From a bacterium (GTDB lineage: Bacteria > Patescibacteriota > Patescibacteriia > JAZDGP01), in contig JAZDGP010000016.1 in assembly GCA_043806935.1 (NCBI GenBank), positions 1-45,927 on the forward strand: DNA of 45,927 nt. Direction: 5' to 3'. The notes beneath the pieces were generated by a model. The model worked only from the letters and a program-made list of their open reading frames with translations. It was not told the origin of the DNA and did not search any database. The first letter of the stretch is position 1; every line of letters begins with the position of its first letter. This document shows positions 17,755-23,770 of this stretch, piece after piece. Position numbers and translations under genes: made by a program.

Positions 17755-18056
17755 TGTCGTGTTAATTGTTCTATCTCTCCGCTCGTATCAGCGTCAAGAT
17801 CAGCTAAACTGTCGTCTCCATCTTGGACAATCTTTTCCAAATCATCTACGTACTGTTCGTCCACTGGTGTTGTCTTTCCTGCCACGTACATATCCTCCAA
17901 CAAATGGTAAAATTCAACAGCTTCGCTAAGATTCAGTTGAGAAGTTTTTTCCAGCATCTGTTCTTTCTCTTCGTAAGCTACTGGCAGGGATAGAATGAAA
18001 GCGGTCAAACGTTCTCCCAAAGCGGCCGCGTCTTTTTCTTCTAATGGAATAGACAT
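17751..18056 (-). CDS. Hypothetical acidic 101-aa protein
   Basis: It starts 7 nt downstream of the S2P protease stop. It is helical and acidic in composition, with no recognised motif. Confidence 0.55.
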   Translation of the reverse strand: MSIPLEEKDAAALGERLTAFILSLPVAYEEKEQMLEKTSQLNLSEAVEFYHLLEDMYVAGKTTPVDEQYVDDLEKIVQDGDDSLADLDADTSGEIEQLTRQ

Positions 18057-18063
18057 AAGTTAT

Positions 18064-18699
18064 TTATACAAAAGATAATACCCAGCTTGTAACTGTCTGA
18101 AACACCACTGGCAGGATGTTGCTGCCAAGCAGCCTGTCGATAATAACTAAAGTAAGAAGAAGGACTGGGCCGTAACTGGCTAATTCTAGCTTAAAACGGT
18201 AGAAACGTTGCGGTAAGATATCAAAAAGGAACTGGGCGCCGTCTAATGGAGGAAGAGGAATAAGATTGAATATCATTAAGACGACATTGACTACAACCAG
18301 GCTGACAAGGAATTGGATTAACAAATTCTCCGTATCCAAACCAAATACTCCTAAGGAAAGTTTTAACAACAGAATAATAACAAAGATAGAAACTAGATTT
18401 GCAAAAGGACCGGCTAAAGACACTAGAGTCGCTCCCCAGCGCTGCCATTTAAGGCGAGTGGGATCATAAGGAACAGGCTTGCCCCATCCAAAGCCAAACA
18501 CCAAAAGGCTGAAAAATCCTAAAATATCCAAATGAGCCAATGGATTAAGGGTCAATCTGCCGTAGCTTTCAGGCGTTCCGTCTCCCTGCCCATGAGCTGC
18601 CAAGGCATGGGAAAACTCATGCACTGTAATGCCGTACAAAATGGCTAATAGCCAAACAACAAATGCTAATGGCTGGTCTGTTAAGAATTGAATAGGCAT
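18064..18699 (-). CDS. Site-2 protease family (peptidase M50) membrane metalloprotease
   Basis: 211 aa and polytopic. It has HEFSHALAA (HExxH) plus NLIPLPPLDG (the NxxPxxxLDG motif). Confidence 0.85.
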   Translation of the reverse strand: MPIQFLTDQPLAFVVWLLAILYGITVHEFSHALAAHGQGDGTPESYGRLTLNPLAHLDILGFFSLLVFGFGWGKPVPYDPTRLKWQRWGATLVSLAGPFANLVSIFVIILLLKLSLGVFGLDTENLLIQFLVSLVVVNVVLMIFNLIPLPPLDGAQFLFDILPQRFYRFKLELASYGPVLLLTLVIIDRLLGSNILPVVFQTVTSWVLSFV

Positions 18700-18702
18700 C
18701 TC

Positions 18703-18731
18703 TTGACTGTCATTATGTTACGGAGTATAGT
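18703..18731 (+). promoter_or_regulatory. Sigma70-like promoter of rpmB
   Basis: TTGACT, a 17-nt spacer, TATAGT, then 12 nt to the ATG. No SD is present. Confidence 0.5.
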
Positions 18732-18737
18732 ATAGCA
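18729..18737 (-). promoter_or_regulatory. Extended -10 (TGcTATACT) for the S2P-giant ORF-murC operon; overlaps the rpmB -10 back to back
   Basis: The minus strand reads aTGTGCTATACTatactccg..., 29 nt upstream of the ATG at 18699. Confidence 0.35.
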
Positions 18738-18743
18738 CATTGT

Positions 18744-18908
18744 ATGGCCAGAATATGCGACATATGCGCCAGGGGTCCGCGCACGACTGTTTCAAGAAGC
18801 CACTCTCGCCAAGCGGCTAAGGGATGGCATCTTATAAATATCCAGAAGAAGAAAGTAAACGGCAAGAGTCTCTCTCTTTGCACCAGATGCATTAAGAATA
18901 CGAAATAA
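18744..18908 (+). CDS. rpmB: 50S ribosomal protein L28 (54 aa; missing from the ORF track)
   Basis: Sequence: MARICDICARGPRTTVSRSHSRQAAKGWHLINIQKKKVNGKSLSLCTRCIKNTK*. It has the L28 pattern M-A-R-x-C-x-I-C-G/A-x-G...SHS...N.Q...CT.C.K. Confidence 0.85.
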   Translation: MARICDICARGPRTTVSRSHSRQAAKGWHLINIQKKKVNGKSLSLCTRCIKNTK

Positions 18909-18927
18909 CCGCCCTTAGGCGGTTTTT
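18907..18927. terminator. Rho-independent terminator shared by convergent rpmB and the 18927 ORF
   Basis: aaccgcc-ctta-ggcggtt followed by ttt. Confidence 0.7.
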
Positions 18928-19490
18928 CATTGTCCCTCCCCTCTAATCACTAACAGCCCTTTAGTCACTTCAATGCCAGTGACTGTAAAGTTGGGCGTAC
19001 TGAAACCTTTATCCAGCTTAACCCCTCCTTGTCCAAGCACTTTCTTTACCGCCACAACTGGCACTGGCCACCAACCAAACCTCACTTTCCTGATCTCTAA
19101 TTTCACCACACCCTTTTCCACAAAAGGAGCCACCCTAACCAACAGTTTTCCTTTAACCGGCTGTTCTATATCACCCCACACTTCAATCTCTCCGTCTAAT
19201 AATTTGCCGTCAATATTCTTAACAGGACTCTTTTCCAATTCTTTAGCTAAATACGGAGCAGCAACTGCCCGCAACTCTCCTTCCGTAAACTTCAACTCCA
19301 CCTCTTTTCCTTTAAACTTTCCACTTCCAATATCCAATACAGTCTGCCAACGGTTGTTCAAATCCTTTAAATCCACCTTTTCCTCCACTACAGGCTGTTC
19401 TGGATTGCTCAAACGATTCCAAAACACAGCTCCAGCTGGATTAGCTAACAGCAATACGGTTATAACCAATGGAATGAAAAACTGTTTCAT
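18927..19490 (-). CDS. Hypothetical secreted protein
   Basis: The track ORF extends to 19583. The preferred start is the ATG at 19490, which gives the signal-peptide-like MKQFFIPLVITVLLLANPAGA. The antisense 219-aa ORF is S/T/P/F-rich noise. Confidence 0.6.
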   Translation of the reverse strand: MKQFFIPLVITVLLLANPAGAVFWNRLSNPEQPVVEEKVDLKDLNNRWQTVLDIGSGKFKGKEVELKFTEGELRAVAAPYLAKELEKSPVKNIDGKLLDGEIEVWGDIEQPVKGKLLVRVAPFVEKGVVKLEIRKVRFGWWPVPVVAVKKVLGQGGVKLDKGFSTPNFTVTGIEVTKGLLVIRGEGQ

Positions 19491-19635
19491 ACCAACAGTA
19501 TACACTACCGAACCGTTTTGTGTAGACAGTGAATACTTTAGCCAAGAAATAAGCAAGACGACGGCTGTCCCTAAAGTTAACAACTGTCTTGTAAAGAATT
19601 GCCTAAGCGATACGATAGAAATAAGGAGGTAAACA

Positions 19636-19908
19636 ATGCGGCTAGCATATCAAATACCACAACGGGAGCAGTTGGTGATGCTCACGGCTAGGGATGAGGA
19701 AGCCTGGCTGGCAAAAACATCTTTGCTGCCATTGCCAGACAAGGTTAAAGTCTATGTCAGCAAACGGAACAACCACTACTGTCTGCAATTCAGCCAAAGG
19801 AGAGATATTAATTATACTTATTATTCTTACTACGAAGACTCTCTGGAACAATTGATTGTTGTCTTACAGCATCTTGTACAGCCAGCACTCCTCTCCCCAG
19901 CCGCCTGA
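19636..19908 (+). CDS. Hypothetical 90-aa protein
   Basis: A good SD (AAGGAGG) lies 6 nt upstream, and a strong terminator follows. No motif was recognised. Confidence 0.45.
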   Translation: MRLAYQIPQREQLVMLTARDEEAWLAKTSLLPLPDKVKVYVSKRNNHYCLQFSQRRDINYTYYSYYEDSLEQLIVVLQHLVQPALLSPAA

Positions 19909-19926
19909 CGCGTCTCCCTGCTTCAA

Positions 19927-19958
19927 ATCCACCCATCAACCACGGGTGGATTTTTTTT
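19927..19958 (+). terminator. Rho-independent terminator
   Basis: atccaccc-9 nt-gggtggat followed by ttttttt. Confidence 0.7.
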
Positions 19959-19983
19959 ACCCACTGGACTACAATGCGCTCAT

Positions 19984-20060
19984 CGGGGTATGGCGCAGTT
20001 GGCTAGCGCGCATGCATGGGGTGCATGAGGCCGTGGGTTCAAGTCCCGCTACCCCGACCA
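19984..20060 (+). tRNA. tRNA-Pro (anticodon GGG), CCA encoded
   Basis: The manual cloverleaf is: acceptor CGGGGTA/TACCCCG, D stem GCGC/GCGC, anticodon stem CATGC/GCATG with loop A-T-GGG-G-T, variable loop AGGCC, T arm GTGGG-TTCAAGT-CCCGC, discriminator A, then CCA. Confidence 0.9.
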
Positions 20061-20141
20061 AGGTAAACTCTACCATCGAAACGGTTATTAATCTTGTCAA
20101 TGTTTAAAGGTTAAAGTTAATAATGTGATAAAATAGCGAAC

Positions 20142-21113
20142 ATGAATAAGCGATTTTCCATAATTTCACTTTTCACTGGTTGCGGCGGTCTCGATCTCGG
20201 GTTCGTTGGCGGTTTTGAATTTCTAGGCAAAAAATACTCGAAAAGAAATTTTGATATTATTTGGGCTAATGACATTGACAAGGGAGCTTGCGCGACTTTT
20301 AGAAACTACTTTAAGCACGACGTAGTTTGCGGCGATATCGGCAAAATCCTTGACGGCAAACATAATTCCGGTTTTTTTGAAAAGCCGATACCGCGAAAAG
20401 TGGACATCGTGCTTGGCGGTTTCCCTTGCCAAGATTTTAGCCACGCCGGAAAGAGAAAGGGGTTCAATAGCAAACGCGGCTTGCTTTATCAAAGCATGGC
20501 GGAAGTTATCAAGAGGACTAAACCTGTCTTATTCGTCGCCGAAAATGTTCGTGGGCTTCTCACGATGAACGACGGTAAAGCGATACAAACGATTATTAAA
20601 GATTTTGAAAAATTGGGATACCATGTTGTTTATAAACTGCTTACGGCCGCCGATTACGGCGTGCCGCAAACACGAGAAAGAATTATCATTGTTGGAACGA
20701 GAAAAGATAAGCTCCCGCCTTTTGAACATCCAAAATCTCTTTTGGATGAAAAGAACTGGATCAACTTAAAACAAGCAATCGGCGATTTGGAGAAAACGGA
20801 GGAAGGAAAAATCGCTAACCACTACTGGTCAAAAGCGAAAAAGAATAATGGACAAGGAAACTCGATCGTCTCGGCTGATAAGCCAGGGCCAACAATGCGA
20901 ACGGAACACCACGGGAACATAGAATATCATTGGAATGGAAAAAGAAGGTTATCGGCGAGAGAGGCGGCGCGGATTCAATCTTTTCCAGATGATTTTATCT
21001 TTTATCCGTCCACTTCCTCGGCTTACAAGCAGATTGGCAACGCCGTGCCGCCTGTTTTGGCTTGGCACGTCGCCACGGCGATTGAAAAATTTTTAGATAA
21101 GAATTTAAAATAA
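20142..21113 (+). CDS. DNA (cytosine-5)-methyltransferase
   Basis: 323 aa. Motif I is SLFTGCGGLDLGF, motif IV is GGFPCQDFS, motif VI is ENVRGL, motif VIII is QTRERIIIVG and motif X is GNAVPP. Confidence 0.95.
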   Translation: MNKRFSIISLFTGCGGLDLGFVGGFEFLGKKYSKRNFDIIWANDIDKGACATFRNYFKHDVVCGDIGKILDGKHNSGFFEKPIPRKVDIVLGGFPCQDFSHAGKRKGFNSKRGLLYQSMAEVIKRTKPVLFVAENVRGLLTMNDGKAIQTIIKDFEKLGYHVVYKLLTAADYGVPQTRERIIIVGTRKDKLPPFEHPKSLLDEKNWINLKQAIGDLEKTEEGKIANHYWSKAKKNNGQGNSIVSADKPGPTMRTEHHGNIEYHWNGKRRLSAREAARIQSFPDDFIFYPSTSSAYKQIGNAVPPVLAWHVATAIEKFLDKNLK

Positions 21114-21115
21114 CT

Positions 21116-22156
21116 ATGATTTACGTCGCGAAACCCAACGCCAAAGAAAAAGCCTTTATTGCCTTGCTTAAGAAATCAAGAAGGTTAATATTGGTCTTTT
21201 TGAGCGGTAAGAAAAATATCTCGCCGACCTATTTTGAAACGATAGTTTTTGAACAAATGCGTGAAGCGGCAAAAGGCACGACTTTCGAGGGAACAGTTAA
21301 ACAAACAGGAACACACGCTTTTCCTGACATCATCGCCAATAAATACTTTGGCGTCGAAGTTAAGATGACGGCCAACGATCATTGGACTTCAACCGGAAAT
21401 AGCGTTCTTGAATCTTCACGAATCGAAGACGTTGAAAGAATTTATATCGTGTTTGGAAAATTCGGCGGCAAGTTGGACATTCGCTACCGACTTTACCAAG
21501 AATGTTTGCCGGAAATTAGCGTTACCCATTCTCCCCGCTACCGAATAAACATGGACTTACCTTCGGGCAAAACAATTTTCGATAAAATTGGCGCTGATTA
21601 CGACACATTACGGAATGATCCTAACCCAATTCAAAAAATCAAGGATTACTACCGTTCACGATTGAAAGATGGTGAGGAATTGTGGTGGATAGATCAAGAC
21701 GGAGACGGAAAAGCGGTTAGTCCGATCATTAAACCTTTCAGAGGTTTAAGCGACAAAGAAAAAGAAAATTTCGTGGTTGAGGCGATGATTCTGTTTCCTG
21801 AAATGTTTGGCAACAACTCGATGAAGTTTGAGCGAGCGGCCGCCTATCTTATCGCTGAATACAACGCCGTATCCGCTAACTTGCGAGATTTGTTCACGGC
21901 TGGCGGACAAAAGAAATTAAAAGTTAAAAACAAACACGTCGTTGTGCCACAATTAGCTTATCGCTTGCGTGTCAGAGCGAAAGCGATTAAAAAGAAAATC
22001 AAGGGGCTGGACGCCAAAACTCTCGCTTACTATTGGCGAAGCGATAAGTTGAAAAGCGATCGTTTGAAGCAGTGGAAAAAACTTTTGAACGATAAATTCG
22101 TCCTTGTTAAGTCCGGCGTCAAGGCTTCCGACATTTTTGACGCAGGACTTTTATAA
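21116..22156 (+). CDS. Putative type II restriction endonuclease (PD-ExK fold)
   Basis: 346 aa. It starts 2 nt after the methyltransferase stop. It carries a PD-x10-EVK motif (AFPDIIANKYFGVEVKMT). No other family was recognised. Confidence 0.55.
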   Translation: MIYVAKPNAKEKAFIALLKKSRRLILVFLSGKKNISPTYFETIVFEQMREAAKGTTFEGTVKQTGTHAFPDIIANKYFGVEVKMTANDHWTSTGNSVLESSRIEDVERIYIVFGKFGGKLDIRYRLYQECLPEISVTHSPRYRINMDLPSGKTIFDKIGADYDTLRNDPNPIQKIKDYYRSRLKDGEELWWIDQDGDGKAVSPIIKPFRGLSDKEKENFVVEAMILFPEMFGNNSMKFERAAAYLIAEYNAVSANLRDLFTAGGQKKLKVKNKHVVVPQLAYRLRVRAKAIKKKIKGLDAKTLAYYWRSDKLKSDRLKQWKKLLNDKFVLVKSGVKASDIFDAGLL

Positions 22157-22161
22157 AAAAG

Positions 22162-22596
22162 ATGAAAAATTATTTAAATAGGAATTTCAAAAAAGAACGG
22201 AGCGACGACTTGCTCCCGACAAAAAAGCGATCGGAGCTGATGTCGAAAATCCGCTCAAGAGACACCAAGTTTGAGAAAGAATTTATCGCCGCTTTACGGA
22301 AGGCCACTCGCAAAAAATTCCAAACGAACGTCGCTTCGATCAAAGGAAAACCGGATATAGTTTTTCAGAAAGACAAAATTTGTATTTTCCTTGATAGTAA
22401 CTTTTGGCATGGTTGGTATTATCCCCGCTGGAAACACCTGTTAAAAAACGATTTTTGGCGGGAGAAAATAGAAAATAACCGCAAACGAGACAGAAAAACT
22501 ACCGTTTATTTGAGAAAAAATAGTTGGTCCGTTTTGCGTTACTGGGAACATCAGATAAAAAATCCAGACAAAAGTATTAGAAAAATTTTGAAATAA
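22162..22596 (+). CDS. vsr: Very-short-patch repair endonuclease
   Basis: 144 aa. It has [16 protein letters not shown]...KPDIVF...[11 protein letters not shown]...[10 protein letters not shown]...LRYWEH, which match Vsr hallmarks. Confidence 0.9.
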   Translation: MKNYLNRNFKKERSDDLLPTKKRSELMSKIRSRDTKFEKEFIAALRKATRKKFQTNVASIKGKPDIVFQKDKICIFLDSNFWHGWYYPRWKHLLKNDFWREKIENNRKRDRKTTVYLRKNSWSVLRYWEHQIKNPDKSIRKILK

Positions 22597-22600
22597 AATT

Positions 22601-22789
22601 ATGGACAACAAAAACACAGAGATAATATTTTCCGTAACGGTTAATGATATACAAAACGAGGCGATTAACCGTATAGGCAGAAAATTGACTGACGGCGAAT
22701 TACACACCACAAAGAAAGGGGTTGAATCCGGATTGTTATTTGATATTGACACGGTTATAAAAACTGCGATTGAAGAAGCAATTGAATAA
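22601..22789 (+). CDS. Hypothetical 62-aa protein, last gene of the R-M island
   Basis: It starts 4 nt after the vsr stop. No HTH or other motif was recognised. Confidence 0.4.
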   Translation: MDNKNTEIIFSVTVNDIQNEAINRIGRKLTDGELHTTKKGVESGLLFDIDTVIKTAIEEAIE

Positions 22790-22856
22790 ATTTATCCGCA
22801 TCCACGTATTTTCCGTTCAAAATAAATTTGCGCCTCGTTCATCAATCACGACCAAC

Positions 22857-23399
22857 CTAGCTCGTCACTGACGATCTTTTTTTATATACCATCCATCCGT
22901 ACACCCCCGCTAGTAACAGATAGTTAATCACCATAAACCAAGGACGTGCCCAGGAATAGCCATCTACTTTCAGATCAGACAACGGCCAGAGGAATGGTGT
23001 TGGATAGAACGCGTACTCATGGGTGAAGATGTCTATCACGATGTGGAACAGCCATCCAAAGAGTTCCCATCTCGGTTTGCGCTTAAACAACCACACCAAA
23101 CCAAAGACTATTATAAACACCACCACGCTGTGGCTGATACTGTACAAAAGATCAGTGAGCTGGAAGATAGGAAGAGTAACAGCCTGGGAAGGTTCAAAGC
23201 TGTCTGGAGATGGAAAATGGCCAAGAGGCAAGTCACCAAGCAAAAGACTGCCAACAAACCAAAAAAATAGAACCGTAAACGACAAGAGGTCAGGAGCAAT
23301 GCCCCAAAATACAGATTGCCGTACTGATAATTCTTTCCATTTCCTCTTTGCTCCTACGGCGCAAGCGCCTGTCCACAATCCATGAGCTAATATGTCCAT
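22857..23399 (-). CDS. Membrane protein, possibly a membrane-bound metal-dependent hydrolase (DUF457/YdjM-like)
   Basis: The start was moved to the ATG at 23399 (MDILAHGLWTG...). It is polytopic, with His residues near the N-terminus and in IVIDIFTHE. The track's N-terminal extension crosses a terminator. Confidence 0.5.
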   Translation of the reverse strand: MDILAHGLWTGACAVGAKRKWKELSVRQSVFWGIAPDLLSFTVLFFWFVGSLLLGDLPLGHFPSPDSFEPSQAVTLPIFQLTDLLYSISHSVVVFIIVFGLVWLFKRKPRWELFGWLFHIVIDIFTHEYAFYPTPFLWPLSDLKVDGYSWARPWFMVINYLLLAGVYGWMVYKKRSSVTS

Positions 23400-23429
23400 A
23401 CAAGAAAATATTTTACCGTAGATGATATA

Positions 23430-23462
23430 AAAAAGCCACCGCGTCCTATTAGGAACGCGGTG
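23430..23462 (-). terminator. Rho-independent terminator (or attenuator) 30 nt upstream of the 23399 start codon
   Basis: The minus-strand RNA is CACCGCG-U-UCC-UAAUA-GGA-CGCGGUG followed by GCUUUUUAUAU. Confidence 0.65.
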
Positions 23463-23678
23463 ACAGCTCCGCCCTTGCTTTGAACGCGGCATTAAGGAGT
23501 TCCTGTAACCATTGGGCAGCTCTATCTCTTGGTCATAAGCTTGTAAAACAGGCTTAAGTCAAACGACGAGCCGTATGCCCTGGTGGCCGCAATTCCCCGC
23601 TAAACAGCAAGGAATGCTTTGGCCCCCGCAAGAACCCTAAATGTAGAGCTCTTAATTACCAACGTCCTAGCAACGAGC
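23430..23678 (-). ncRNA. Candidate structured RNA of about 250 nt (unclassified sRNA or riboswitch-like leader)
   Basis: It is bounded by a near-consensus promoter and a strong terminator and has stop codons in all frames. Three nested long-range helices are visible: CGTTGG 23664-23659 with CCAATG 23515-23510, AGCTCTA 23650-23644 with TAGAGCT 23524-23518, and TTCTTG 23634-23629 with CAAGAG 23531-23526. Confidence 0.4.
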
Positions 23679-23684
23679 ATATGT

Positions 23685-23712
23685 ATTATATACCCTAGAG
23701 TAAGGCTGACAA
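23685..23712 (-). promoter_or_regulatory. Near-consensus sigma70 promoter inside the intergenic region
   Basis: On the minus strand: TTGTCA, a 16-nt spacer, then TATAAT. Confidence 0.5.
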
Positions 23713-23770
23713 CCCTTAAAAAATAAGGGTTTTGAAGCTAAGAATTATTCCCCTGTGGATAACCAAAAAA

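Noticed and set aside
18973-19632. 219-aa plus-strand ORF
   Set aside because: It is antisense to the signal-peptide-bearing 18927..19490 ORF. Its S/T/P/F-rich composition is typical of shadow ORFs, and it runs through the rpmB terminator region.
22849-22855. Possible attR (cgaccaa, matching the tRNA-Pro 3' end) at the right edge of the R-M island
   Set aside because: The match is only 7 nt, which is too short to distinguish from chance. No integrase is present.
23559-23603. tmRNA-like tag reading frame on the plus strand (TCA AAC GAC GAG CCG TAT GCC CTG GTG GCC GCA... = SNDEPYALVAA, resembling ANDENYALAA)
   Set aside because: The frame continues IPR before its stop instead of ending after AA. 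No tRNA-like domain (GGGG 5' end, T-arm, CCA 3' end) is present on that strand, so I treat it as coincidence.
23430-23735. Assignment of the intergenic RNA to RNase P, SRP (4.5S or large), 6S, T-box or cobalamin riboswitch
   Set aside because: None of the diagnostic strings was found on either strand by eye. These are GGAAAGUCC and ACAGAA..GGCUUA for RNase P, GGAA-tetraloop/AGCA helix 8 for SRP, the T-box GGUGGUACCGCG, and the B12 box. It is left unclassified.
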